Positions 1 to 12,955 of a DNA stretch of 64,000 nucleotides are shown piece by piece. The DNA is taken from NCBI RefSeq assembly GCF_963921235.1, contig NC_086097.1, forward strand, positions 210,616,001-210,680,000, given 5' to 3'. A program made the translations under genes and the position numbers. This DNA is from Mobula hypostoma (lineage: Eukaryota). The notes under the pieces are model-generated. The model saw only the letters and a program-made list of their open reading frames with translations, did no database searches and was not told the DNA's origin. Each line of letters starts with the position of its first letter. Within the stretch, counting starts at the first letter, position 1.

Positions 1-949
1 CCAGCTCCCCCATCCCACGCATAAGCAGCAGCAAAGCAACAATGCCCCCTCCACCACCAGCAAGAAAAACATTGGCACCCACCACCGAGCACTCAAGCGT
101 GCAGCAAAGCATCAGCAAAGACACAAACTTGCAGTACCCCAAAGACTACACATTCACCTGGTATTCGACATACCACAGGCTCTCCCTCTCCCTAATAAGG
201 GAGAAAGAAGTGTCTTTGTTTCACTGTGAGAGGGGAGACATAACAAACAACTCGCTGATTTATGATGTTAAAAGTCCGTTGCGTCGCTTTTTCCGAGCTC
301 TGTGCTCAAAGAACTCGGGTCTCTGGTTTTGATCTTCCATCTCCCACGACGCACCAGATTCCTGCAGAGACACTGATCTTTGGTCCGCCCATCTCCAGAG
401 CCTCGAGATCCCAGAACTCCGAAGGCGAGCTAATCTCTTAGGCCACATCTTGGCATATCGAATAACGGCCAGTCGTGAAACTGTGAGAGAGGGTCCCATT
501 CCCACAAAGAATCGAAGTCAGTGTGTAACTCCAGGTCAGGGTCTTCAAAAGAAGCCTGAAAGGTGAAAAATAGAGATATTAAAGGTGGAAATAGAGCTGC
601 TTCTGAAGATGCAAGCAAAGGAGTGGCCGTTATGTGCTATTGTCTCTCCCTCTTTGAGTGACCTGTTTATTTTACAGTCCTACTTTAGAACAATTCATCC
701 TTCTAGAAACATCCTTTAGTCTTGATCTTCACATCCATTTACTCTGTGTCTGTGATATGTATGTCTGGGTTTATATGGTTCTTCTATTCTAAATGGGTCT
801 GCTCTGACTGGTTCACAATCTTGTTTGTGTTCAGCCTGTACTCCTGAAGTCTTTTGACGTATTTCAGATACACCCTCCAGGCTCCAGAACCTGCTGATCA
901 GGGCTGCTGCGGCCATGTTGTTGGTTCTGTGAATCTTACATGTTTCAAA

Positions 950-2100
950 AACACATGAAAATCTGCAGGTGCTGGAAATCCAAAGCAACTCACACAAATG
1001 GTGGAGGAACTCAGCAGGCCAGGCAGCATTACTATGGAAAAGAATACCCAGTCGACGTTTTGGGCTGAGACCCTTCATTAAGACTGGAAAGGAAGGGGAG
1101 AAGTGAGAATAAAAAGTTGAGGGGAGGGGAGGAAGAAATACAAGGTTGGAGGCTAACCAAATGGCATATGAGGTGTTGCTCTTCCAAACTGAGTGCGGCC
1201 TCATTGTGGCAGAAGAGGAGGCCATGCACTGTCATGCCAGAATGGGAATGGGAAGTAGAATTGAAATGGCTTGCCAATGGGAGATCCCACTTTCTGTGGT
1301 GGACGGAGCAAAGGTGCTTGTCGAAGTGGTCTCCCAATCTACATCAGGTCTCACTGATATACAGGAGGCCACACTGGGAGCACTGGATACAGTAGATGAC
1401 CCCAACAGAGTCACAGGTGAAGTTTCACCTCACTTGGAAGGACTGCTGGGGGCCCTGAATATTAACAAGGGAGGAGTTGTAGGGGAAGGTATGGAACTAG
1501 TTTTGCTTGCAAGGGGAAGTACCAGGAGACAGATCAGTGCAGAGGGACAAATGGATAAGGGAGTCATGAGGGGAGTGATCCCTGCTGAAAGCAGAAAGTG
1601 GTGATGGGGGAGAGAAAGATGTGCTTGGTTGTTGGATCCTGTTAGAGATGATGGAAGTTTCAGAGAATTATGAGCTGGACGTGGAGGCTAGTGGGTTGTA
1701 GGTGAGGACAAGAGGAACCCTGTCCCTGGTGTGGTGGTGGAAGGATGGGGTGAGGGCAGATGTGGGCAAAATGGAAGAGGTGCGGGTGAGGGCAGAATTG
1801 ATGGTGGAGGAAGGGAAGCTTCTTTCTTTGAAGAATAAGGACATCTATCTCAGTTGTTCTGCAATGAAAAGCCTCATCCTGAGAATAGATGTGGTGGAGA
1901 TGGAGGAATTGAGAGAAGGGGAAGACGGTTTTACAAGTGACAGGTTGGGAAGAGGTATAGTCCAGGTAGCTGTGACAGTCAGTGGGTTTATAAAAGATAT
2001 CAGTAGAAAGACTGTTTCCAGAGATGGAGACAGAGAGTTTGAGAAAGGGCAGGGTTACTTAGTAACTTTGCCTCTAACTTCCACCCTGCCCTCAAATTTT
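950..2100 (-). mobile_element. Penelope-like retroelement, 5'-truncated (RT C-terminus + GIY-YIG endonuclease + 3' tail), decayed
   Basis: Minus-strand translation gives GVIYCIQCSQCGLLYI.. then HLCSVH..DLPLASHFNSTSHSH..EEQHLI (GIY-YIG domain) and ..DIFYKPTD (PLE RT). The tail at 950-1085 matches other copies at 12213, 24840, 32605, 41060 and 46190. Confidence 0.85.
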
Positions 2101-2119
2101 CTTCCCTCAGGGAGGTTTT

Positions 2120-4290
2120 GAGCTGCTTGCCTGGAAACATTTCCTCTCTTATGCTCACGCTCTTTCTGATGGATTAGAAAAGGTTTCTATTCAGCATGCA
2201 AACAAGAAAGGGGAGAGTGGACAACTCTGCCTGACTAGACTGGATACAAAACTCTTGCCCACCCATTGATCTGAGCATTACTACATGTATCTATGTAGAG
2301 CAGTTGAATCCAATTCCTGATTCTCTCCCCAGGACCCATTTTGGAAAGCTCATCCAACAGGTATGTGTGTGATATCCTGTCAAAGGCCTTCTCCTGGTAC
2401 AAACTAAACAGGCAGACTTCAACCCCGCTATCCTGTATGTAAGTGATAGTATCCCTGAGTAGTGCAAGGCTGTCAATTTCCTACACAAGTTCGGTCTGGA
2501 TGGATCACCTGTACTATGGCAATGAGACCATGAGAGGAGAGGAGAAGATGGCGGCGTGACGCAGCTCGCAGCGGCCACTCCGCTGGTGATGTCTGTTATT
2601 TGTCAAGTAGGGTGCCATGCACAATCCTGATTTGATGGAAACGGATGTGAGAACACGGAGGAACATCTGGTGAAATTTCTGAAATGCCTGCTTCGCTGCT
2701 GCTGCTACTGTGTGGTCTGAAATCTCTGGAGGGGAAGGCCCCGTGTCCTCGGCTTTGCTTGTCGCTCGGTGGCCGGGGCAGGGTCGAAGCGCTCGGCAGA
2801 GGATGGTGCTCGGTGCTGCATCGGCAAGTTTGCGGTGCTTAGAGGTTCATGGCAGGGAAAGTTTCTCCCTTCTACCGTCTGCGTGAGATGATGAGGCTGT
2901 CAGGACTTTTTGAGACTTCTTTTTTTACCGTGCCCATGGTCTGCTCTTTATCAAATTATGGTATGCTTTGCACTGTTGCAACTATTTGTTATAATTATGT
3001 GGTTTTGTCAGTTTTAGTCTTGGTTTGTCCTGTGTTTCTTGTGATATCATTCTGGAGGAACATTGTATCATTTCTTAATGCATGCATTTCTAAATGACAA
3101 TAAATGAGGACTGTGTGTCCTCATAATCTAACAATCTAATCTAATCTAATCTTGACTCAGATAGCAATAGCATTACACAGGATCTTATAATCGATATTCA
3201 AGAGTGAATAGGGTCTCCAATTCCGGATGTTCTCCTTCTTCCCCCCTTCTGCTTGTTGATGAGAGTAATGATGCCCTTCCTCATTGAGTCTGACATGTTG
3301 CCAGCTAGAAGAATAGCACTGTACACTTCCAGCAGGCCCAGTCCCAAAGAGCCGAATAAGCCTTTTCTTCAGGGAGTTTTATTCAAGCAGGGGAACGGAT
3401 ATATCCAGTCATTTCCTCAGGGGTAACTGGCTGGTCCAGTCTCCCTCACTTGCCATCATTTTAAACCTCTGTGATAGAGAACAGGAAGTTTTGGGGCTGT
3501 ACTGACTTTAGCATTCCTGTTATACAGACTGGCACAGAAAGGCCTGCAGATCCTTAATATATGTGTCTGCGAGGATGTTACTGAGCTGTGCTCCTCCTTA
3601 AGGCTGTGGATCACAGAGCTCCCCCTGTGAACCTTTCAGAAGAAGCATGAGCATGTCTCATCTTGCTCCACAAAGCAGGTCCTGAATTTGAAGATGATCT
3701 TGGAAGATTTAGAGCAATGATTGGAGCTTTCTGGCTCCTCACCTCTCTGTGTTCCTCTCTCACGTCCTCCACCCTCAACTGCAGAAGAAGTTGCTGCAAG
3801 TTTCTCTGTCATTGATGCAATTCCCTCTGACTCTGTCTTGCTTTCTGAACACTTGAAGATGAAGAACCTCTCAATGTTTTCCTTGGTTGTATCCTAACAG
3901 TGAATCAGAGTCAAAGAGAGGCTTCATCATTCTCCAATCTGTGTAAATCTCCTGAGTTGTACTCTAGGGTTAGCTGCTAGACATTAAACTTCCACACTCC
4001 TCTGCCTACCTTTTCGTCCTGCTGTAGGTGATAGGAGACTTCAAGGAGGCAATGATCAGAGAAGAACTGACATCAGTAGATTGGACCATGCATGCCTTTG
4101 ACATGAAGAAGTCTGTCTAGGACTGAACTAACCCATCCAGTCTTGACCAAGTGTGTTGCAGATAAGCTTCACCTGGGATTGGAGTTGAGAGCCATTGTCC
4201 AGTCTCCTGTTGGCACTGCTGGATTGTCTGACTGCATCAATGATGCAGTTGAAGTCATTGGCCAGAACGACTGGTTGGAACATTGCCAGT
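2120..4290 (-). mobile_element. Tx1/L1-clade LINE ORF2 relic (APE + RT), interrupted at 2531-3150
   Basis: Minus-strand motifs: VLANDFNCIIDA, FFSDHCLL, VWKFNV, SMRKGIITLINKQKG..IRNWRPYSLLNIDYKIL, QEKAFDRISHTYL. Many stops and frameshifts. Confidence 0.8.
2531..3150 (+). mobile_element. Non-autonomous retroposon starting GAAGATGGCGG with (CTAAT)n tail
   Basis: Homologous over its length to 24119-24805 (minus). It has AATAAA and a microsatellite tail, and it splits the Tx1 RT reading frame. Confidence 0.75.
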
Positions 4291-4769
4291 TTTAGCATCA
4301 TAGTTATTTTGGAGTTCGGTCTTCATAAATAGAATCTATTGTCAATCAAATACAGTGTATTTATAAACCCAGAGCTCCAATCAATAAGGCTAAGCCCTTG
4401 TGCTCGGAGCCTTGATGAACTACTGCAATATTTTTCAGACTGAGTTATTGGGAATGGTCTTCCCCTGAGTATGGGGGCTCATGGTGATGCTGGTGGGAGA
4501 TCATTCTTTAGTCCTGATTTGGCCTTTGACTCAAACTGTTCTGGACCCTCCATCTCTTGGAGCTGGGGTATGTCAGATGCTGTGCTGCTCCTGATTTTCT
4601 GGAGCTGGGGTGGGGTTATGGGACACAGGCCCATTTCTTCCCTCTCCTGTTCCTCTTTGTCACCTCCATTTTGCTACTTTCTCTGCTTGCATAATCTGTA
4701 TTTCATCATCTGATGAAGACAGGTTCCTGGTGTCTGTCTGTCGCTTGGCCCTTTTATCTTATTTAATTA

Positions 4770-5058
4770 TTTTTATTTTGAAATACAACAGGGAATGGTC
4801 TCTTCCAGCCCAATGAGCTGCACTGCCCAACAACCCAATTGTCCTGTGATTAACTCTAGTGTAATCACAGGACAACTTACAACGAACAACTAACCTAACA
4901 ACTGGCACGTCTTTGGAATATGGGAGGAAACCCAAGCACCCAGAGGAAACCTGTGCATTTACAGGGAGGACTCCTTACAGGCAGTGCCAGAACTGAACTC
5001 TGAACTCAGATACTCCTTGAGCTGTAATTCTATCGCTCTAACCGTTACGTTACCATGG
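4770..5058 (-). mobile_element. tRNA-derived V-domain SINE (HE1-like), decayed
   Basis: Reverse complement contains GGTTTCCTCCCATATTCCAAAGAC (V-domain). Homologous to 33030-33358. Confidence 0.65.
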
Positions 5059-5550
5059 CTTCAATGAGTCTTAGCCTCAGTGTCACAATCACGGACTCTG
5101 TTGCAGGGTCTACGTGCGCCCACAGGTAATTGCACTCATGAATATACGTGTGTCAGCTAATTACAGTTTAATCATGATGGTATGTAACTTCCTTCTTTTC
5201 ATTTTAGCACTTGTCAAGACTTGAGCAAAGCACAGCAACATTATGCTGCCTGCTTGCATTCAACCACACAAAGGTAGACCCAGCAGAGAGACAGCAACTA
5301 CTTCCAGTTATGTTATGACAGTATTTATTTAACCCCTTTTCATCACAGTGCTTGTTGAGACTGAAGCAAAACACAACAATATTGCGCTGTTTGCTTGCAT
5401 TTGGCTTTGTCTGATAAAGTGGACTATCAACTATTCATTTTATATTTAGATATTCCATTTCAGCAGTGGTGTTGACAACTAGTTTTCTGTTTGAGAGTTA
5501 TAGCTAACGACACTGTTTGGCTTAGAGTTTATTGTTTTCTTTTCCCTTTT

Positions 5551-8500
5551 CCCTGTGGCTGTCCCCCTCAGCAACAAATATCTTGTTCTGGATGTTGTTG
5601 AGGGGGATGACCTGACAGGGGACGGCCACGGTGACCGGGTCTCTGGCACTGAGCCTGGCGCTGTTGTGCAGGAGGGAAGGAGGGAAGGAGGGAGAAGAGG
5701 AATGCAGTAGTCGTAGGGGATTTCATAGTCAGGGGAATGGACAGGAGATTCTGTGAGCCTGCTAGAGATACCCGCATGGTGTGTTGCCTCCCAGCTGCCA
5801 GGGTACAGGATGTCTCAGAATGGGTCCAGAATATTCTGAAGGGAGAGGGCGAGCAGCCAGTTGTCTTGGTACATGTTGGTACCAATGACATAGATAGGAG
5901 AAGGGAGGAGGTCCTGAAGAGAGATTTCTGGGAGTTAGGAAGGAAGCTGAGAAGCAGGACCTCCAGGGTAGTAATCTCGGGATTGCTACCTGTGCCGCGT
6001 GCTAGCGAGGGCAAGAATAGTAGGATCAGGCAGATGAATGCGTGGCTGAGAGACTGGAGCAGGGGGTAGGGCTTCAGATTCTTGGATCATTGGGATCTCT
6101 TCTGGAGAAAGTATGACCTGTTCAAAATGGACAGGTTACACCTGACCCTGAAGGCATCCAATATCCTGGCGGGAAGGTTTAATAGAGCTGTTAGGGAGGG
6201 TTTCAACTAATTTGGTAAGGGGATGGGAACCGGAATGATAGAGCGGAGGAAGGGGAAAAGAGAAATAAATCTAAGTGTAGCCGCCCTGGCCAGCCTCAGA
6301 GTCGCTCGGCTCTCTGTCATCTAGGGAAACAGCCCTCGGCCCCGCCAAGCTGGATAATTTGTTTGTGTGGATGCTGTGTGATGTACCCCATCCCGCCCAA
6401 ATAACAGACAATACACCAGATACAATTAAATGATTTACAGTTTATAGATATTACTGGAACTATATAATTAATAGAGAATAAAATGTAACAGGAAAATAAA
6501 AGGCGCCACACTTATCAAAGTTCAATCTCTTCGTGCACAAACATTTGGAGCTCAGGACCCTTCTTCTTCACCCTGCGACCCTTCGGACCACCTCGACTGT
6601 CCGCCTGGGACCAATAACGGTGGTCGACCTGATGCTCCACATGAGTCCGTCTCTGTCTCCTCTCCTCGCCGAAGGCCCTGCTCAGTGTTTGACCCCGTTA
6701 GTGGACTCACAGCACCTGGTCCATCCTCTGTCTCTCTCTCCTGCCTTCTCCCCCAAAACCCCGCGCATACAATATCTTCAGATACACCAAAAACATAACA
6801 ACTATCCCAATTGGTTCATAACATCTTCTTATCACAGCCTAACCAAAAACAAGCTGCTAGCGCAAGAACTTTCTCAGCGTTTAACATACCAAAAAAGCAT
6901 TCCCAAGTATAACATAACAAAGAAGTCATTTTAATTAGCCTACTCAGTAACATAAAAGACGAAACCCCCTTACGTAAGATAGTGAGCAGTAAAGATGTCA
7001 GGGAAGACAGGCAGGTGATGGGGCAAATTTGTAGCCATTGGGATGAGTTGCAATGCAATAAAGTTGCAGTGAAATCAAAGCGAAAAGTATCAAATACTGG
7101 TCTTAAGGTGTTATACTTAAATGCACGCAGCATAAGGATTAAGGTGGATGATCTTGTTGTACAGCTACAGATTGGCAGGTATGATATTGTGGCCATCACT
7201 GAGACCCGGCTAAAGGATGCATGTCTCTGGGAGCTGAACGTCCAAGGATACACTGTGTTTCGGAAGGATAGGAAGGTAGGCAGAGGGGGTGGCATGGCTT
7301 TATTGGTAAGAAATGATATCAAATCATTAGAAAGAGGTGATATAGGATCAGAAGGTGCAGAATCTTTATGGGTTGAGCTAAGAAATTGCAGGGGTAAAAG
7401 GACCCTGATGGCAGTTACATACAGGCCTCCAAACAGCTGCAGGGATGTAGACTACAAATTACAACAGGAAATAGAAAAGGCTTGTCAGAAGGGCAGTGTT
7501 ATGATAATTGTGGGGGATTTTAACATGCGAGTCGATTGGGGAAAATCAGGTCGGCACTGGATCTCAAGAGAGAGAATTTGTAAAATGTCTGCGAGATGGC
7601 TTTTTAGAACAGCTTGTTGTTGAGCCCACTAGGGGATCAGCTGTACTGGATTGGGTATTGTGTAATGAACCGGAGGTGATTAGAGATATTGAGGTGAAGG
7701 AACCCTTAGGAGATAGTGATCACAATATGACTGAGTTCACTGTGAAATTTGAAAAAGAAAAGTCGAAATCTGATGCGCCAGTATTTCAGTGGAGTAAGGG
7801 AAATCATAGTGGCATGAGAGAGGAACTGGCCAAAGTTGACTGGAAAGGGACACTGGCAGGAAAGAGGACAGAGCAGCAGTGGCTGGCGTTTATGCGAGAA
7901 GTGAGGAAGGTGCAAGACAGGTATATTCCAAAAAAGAAGAAATTTTCGAATGGAAAAAGGAGGCAACTGTGGCTGACAAGAGAAGTCAAAGCCAAAGTTA
8001 ACGCAAAGGAGAGGACAAACAAGGAAGCAAAAATTAGTGGGAAGACAGATGGTTAGGAAGTTTTTAAAAGCTTACAAGAGGAAACTAAGAAGGTCATTAA
8101 GAGGGAAAAGATGAACTATGAAAGGAAGCTAGCAAATAATATCAAAGAGGATACTAAAAGCTTTTTCAAGTATATAAAGAGTAAAGGACAAGTGAGAGTA
8201 GATACAGAACCGATAGAAAATGATGCTGGAGAAATTGTAATGGGAGACAAGGAGATGGTGGAGGAACTGAACGAGTATTTTGCATCAGTCTTCACTGAGG
8301 AAGACATCAGCAGTATACCGGACACTCAGGGGTGTCAGGAAAGAGAAGTGTGCACTGTCACAATTACGACAGAGAAAGTACTCAGGAAGCTAAATAGTCT
8401 GAAGGTAGATAAATCTCCTGGACCAGATGGAATGCACCCTCGTGTTCTGAAGGAAGTAGCTGTGGAGATTGTGGCGGCATTAGTGATCATCTTTCAAAAG

Positions 8501-9926
8501 TCGATAGATTCTGGCATGGTTCCGGAGGACTGGAGGATTGCAAATATCACTCTGCTATTTAAGAAGGTGGCAAGGAAGCAAAAAGGAAACTATAGACCTG
8601 TTAGCTTGACGTCGGTGGTTGGGAAGTTGTTGGAGTCGATTGTCAAGGATGAGGTTACGGAGTACCTGGTGGCATATGACAAGATAGGCAGAACTCAGCA
8701 TAGTTTCCTTAAAGGAAAATTCTGCCTGACAAACCTATTGCAATTTTTTGAGGAAATTACAAGTAGGCTAGACAAGGGAGATGTAGTGGATATTGTATAT
8801 TTCAGAAGGCGTTTGACAAGGTGCCACACATGAGACTACCTAACAAGATAAGAGCCCATGGAATTACGGCGAAGTTACATACGTGGATAGAGCGTTGGCT
8901 GATTGGCAGGAAACAGAGAGAGGGAACAAAGGGATCCTATTCTGGTTGGCTGCCGGTTACCAGTGGTGTGATAGGGGTCCATGTTGGGGCTGCTTCTTTT
9001 TGCGTTGTATATCAACGATTTGGATTATGGAATAGATGGCTTTGTGGCTAAGTTTGCTGATGATACAAAGATAGGTGGAGGGGCCAGTAGTGCTGAGGAA
9101 ACAGAGAGTCTGCAGAGAGACTTGGATAGATTGGAAGAATGGGCAAAGAAGTGGCAAATGAAATACAATGTTGGAAAGAGTATGGTTATGCACTTTGGCA
9201 GAATAAATAAATGAGCAGACTATTAATTAAATGGAGAGAGAATTCAAAGTTCTGAGATGCAACGGGACTTGGGAGTCCTCGTGCAGGATACACTTAAGGA
9301 TACACTTGAGTTGGTGGTGAAGAAGGCGAATGCAATGTTGGCATTCATTTCTAGAGGAATAGAGTATAGGAGCAGGGATGTGATGTTGAGGCTCTATATT
9401 TAAGAAAGGATGTGCTGACGTTGGAGAGGGTACAGAGAAGATTCACTTGAATGATTCTGGGAATGAGAGGGTTAACATATGAGGAATGTTTGTCCGCTCT
9501 TGAACTATATTCCTTGGAGTTTAGAAGAATGGGGGGGACCTCATAGAAGCATTTCGAATGTTGAAAGGCATGGACAGAGTGGATGTGGCAAAGTTGTTTC
9601 CCATGATGGGGGAGTCTAGTATGAGAGAGCATGACTTAAGGATTGAAGGGCGCCCATTCAGAACAGAGATGTGAAGAAATTATTTTAGCCAGAGGGTGGT
9701 GAATCTATGGAATTTGTTGCCACGGGTGGTAGTGGAGGCCAAGTCATTGGGTGTATTTAAGGCAGAGATTGATAGGTATCTGATTAGCCAGGGCATCAAA
9801 GGTTATGGTGAGAAGGCGGGGGAGTGGGACTAAATCGGAGAATGGATCAGCTCATGATAAAATGGTGGAGCAGACTCCATGGGCCGAATGGCCGATTTCT
9901 GCTCCTTTGTCTTATGGTTTTATGGT
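5551..9926 (+). mobile_element. CR1 LINE, 5'-truncated in ORF1 (SGNH esterase) with disrupted ORF2 (APE+RT)
   Basis: ORF1 motif VLVHVGTND; ORF2 motifs YLNARS, GDFN, SDHN, SPGPDG, NYRPVSLTS, KFADD; (TTATGG)-type tail. Colinear with 48124-51375. Confidence 0.95.
6276..6974. mobile_element. Solo LTR (699 bp) inserted in CR1
   Basis: Absent from the sister CR1 at 48350. Ends are TGTA...TACG (TACA expected). 4-bp TSD TAAG at 6272-6275 and 6975-6978. Confidence 0.85.
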
Positions 9927-9947
9927 GTTAAAATCCTGTCCATATTA

Positions 9948-12200
9948 AAAACCATAAGACAAAGGAGCAGAATTAGGCTATTCGGCCCATCGAATCTTCT
10001 CTGCCATTCAATCATGGCTGATCTTTTCTCCCCTCCTCAGTCCTACTCCCCAGCCTTCTTTGCATAACCTTTGATGCTGTGGTCAATCAAAAATCTATCA
10101 ATCTCCATCTTAAATACACCCAATGCCCTGGCCTCCACAGCTGCCTGTGGTAACAAATTCCGCAAGTTCACCACCCTCTGTCTAAAGAAATTTCTCCGCA
10201 TCTCTGTTTGAAATGGATGCTCCTCTATCCTGAGAATGTGCCGTCTTGTCCTAGACTCCCCCACCATGGAAATCATCCTTTCCAAATCTACTCTGTTGAG
10301 GCCTTTGAATATTCAAAAGGTTTCAGTGAGATCCCCCCTCGTCCTTCTAGATTCCAGCAAATGCAGACCCAAATCCATCAAACATTCCTCATATTATAAC
10401 CCTTTCATTCCTGGAATCATCCTTGTGAACCGCCTCTGGACCCCCTCCAATGTCAGTACATCTTTTCTTAGATGAGGAGCCCAAAACTGTTCACAATACT
10501 CAAGGAGAGGCCTCACCAGTTCTTTACAAAGCTTTGGCTTCACATCCTTACGCTTATATTCTAGACCTCTCGAAATGAAAGCTAACTTTGCATTTGCCTT
10601 CCTCACCACTGACTCAACCTGCAAGTTAGGTTTTAGGGTGTTCTGCACAAGGACTCCCACATCCCCCTGCATCTCAGATTTTTGAATTTTCTCCCCATTC
10701 AGTCTGTACATTTATTTCAACGACCAAAGTGCTAGACCATGTATTTTCGAACATTGTTTTTCATTTGCCTCTTTCTTGCTCATTCTCCTAATCTGTCTAA
10801 GTCCTTCTGCAGCCTATCTGTTTCCTCAACACTAATCTGCCCCTCCACAAATCTCCATATCATCTCCAAACTTGGCAAGAAAGCCATCTACTCCATCATC
10901 TAAATCATTAATGTACAGAATAAAATGAAGTGGTTTCAACACTGACCCCTGCCGAACACCACTAGTCACTGGCAGTCAACCAGAAAAGGATCCTTTTACT
11001 CCCATTCACTGCCTCCTACTATTCAGCCAATGCTCTAAGCATGTCAGTAACTTTTCTGTAAAGTTGGTTTTTAACTTGGTAAGCAGCCTAATGTGTGGCA
11101 CCTTGTCAAAGGCCTTCTGAAAATCCAAATATACTACATCTACGACATTCCCTTTATCTATCCTACTTGTAATCTCCTCAAAGAGTTCCAACAGGATCGA
11201 TAAGTAAGATTTTCCCTTAAGGAAACCATACCGAATTTGTCCTATCTTGTCCTGTGTCACCAAGTACACCATAACCTCATCGTGAACAATTGACCCCAAC
11301 ATCTTCCCAACCACTGAGGTCAGGCTAACTGGTTTATAATTTCCTTTCCGCTGCCTTCCTCCTTTCTTAAAGAGTGGAGCGATAGTTGCAATTTTCCAGT
11401 CTTCTGAAACTATGCCAGAGGCCAATGTTTGTTGAAAGCTCATTACTAATCCCTCCACAAACTCTACTGCTGCCTCTTTCAGAGGGTGCAGTTCATCTGG
11501 TCCAGGTGACTTATGCGCCTTTAGGTCTTTCAGCTTTTTGAGCACCTTCTTCCTTGTAATAGTTACTATACACACTTCTCTTCCCTTACACCCTTCAACA
11601 TCTGGCACATTGCTAGTGTCTTACACAGTGAAGACTGAACCAATCAAAATACTCACGTAGTTCATCCTCCATCTCTTTGTCCCCCATTATTATTGCTCTG
11701 ACTTCATTTTCTAATGCTCCTATAATCACTCTCATCTCTCTTTTATTTTTATATAATTCAGAAAAGTTTTTTCTATCCACCTTGATATTGTTTGCTAGCT
11801 TGCTTTCATATTTCATCTTTTCCCTCCCAATGACTTTTTTAGTTGTTTTCTGTAGGTTTTTAAAGCTAATTTTTGCTTTGTTGTATACCTTCTCTTTTGC
11901 TTTTACATTAACTTTGACTTCCCTTGTCAGCCACGGTTATACTGTTTTGCTATTTGAGTATTTGTTTGCTTTTGAAGTACATCTATCCTGCATCTTCCTA
12001 ATTTTTTCCAGAGCCATTTCTGCTCTGCTGTCATCCCTGCCAGCATCTCTTACTTTGGCCAAGTCCTCCTTCTACAACAGTAATTTCCTTTACTCCGCTG
12101 AAATACACCAGCCTTTACTATATCCAACTGAATTTCAAGTTGAGTTCAATCATATTGTGATCACTGCCTCCAAAGGATTCCTTTATCTTAAGTTCCCTGA
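9948..12200 (-). mobile_element. CR1 LINE ORF2 (older subfamily, internally deleted)
   Basis: ORFs 11006-11608 (SPGPD, YLDFQKAFDKVPH), 10394-10711 and 10043-10285. The 3' tail CCATAAGA is at about 9950. Confidence 0.9.
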
Positions 12201-12212
12201 TCAGGCTGCAAT

Positions 12213-12315
12213 GTCAACTGTACTTTTTTCCATAGATGCTGCCTGGCATGCTGAGTTCCTCCAGCATTTTGTGTGTATTGCTTGGATTTCCAGCACATGC
12301 AGACTCTCTCTTGTA
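12213..12315 (+). mobile_element. Penelope-derived 3' tail fragment
   Basis: CATAGATGCTGCCTGG..GCTGAGTTCCTCCAGCATTTTGTGTG is shared with the other PLE tails. Confidence 0.7.
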
Positions 12316-12955
12316 GCTGATCTCCTAGTAGGCCCAATGGCAAACTGCTCTAAACTATCTGAGAAATATTGACTGGCTTCTGTGTCTCTCTCTCTCTGCA
12401 CTTGGGCCATATCTGTATGTAGTGACATTCAGTGACCCCTTGCCTGTTTGGTGTTGACTTGAGAGCCTTATTCCTTTTCACCAACTGCCATTCTCCTTCT
12501 TGTCCTGTAGCTGTAGGGGGCTTGTGGCTGAGGTTTAAGAGCTCATGGTCATTGGCCTTTCCTGAGCCCCGGCCTCAATATCTGCTGGTGTCTCTGCACT
12601 GGTAAGGGGTGTGTTGGCATTCCTCTGGGGTTGTTGTTGGTGACAGCTGCCCCTCTTATTTCCTGTGCATGAGTACAAGCATGTTTTGGGCAGGCCTTGT
12701 AGAGATTGCAACATCTGCTTTCCCTCCAGTCCTTAGTCTGGCAGTTCCTGCAGATGACTGTATTACATTGGGTTACCCCATGCCCAGGTTGTCCTGCATA
12801 TACCATGCACCCTCGGTTCCCTCAGATGTTGAACTTTAATGGAGGGTGAAAGGTTGCTCCTTTATCAACTATCCTCATCTTGACCTTCATCTGCTGCTGC
12901 TGCTCCAGATCTTAAAAAGATCCTTGATGTCCACACTGCTTCCTGCTCCCTCAAC

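Noticed and set aside
1146..2121. Plus-strand ORFs of 152 and 139 aa
   Set aside because: Antisense shadows of the Penelope coding strand; the same applies to most short ORFs in the track.
5081..5320. TGTCACAA...TTATGACA segment resembling a short LTR
   Set aside because: No TSD or polyA signal found; too weak to call.
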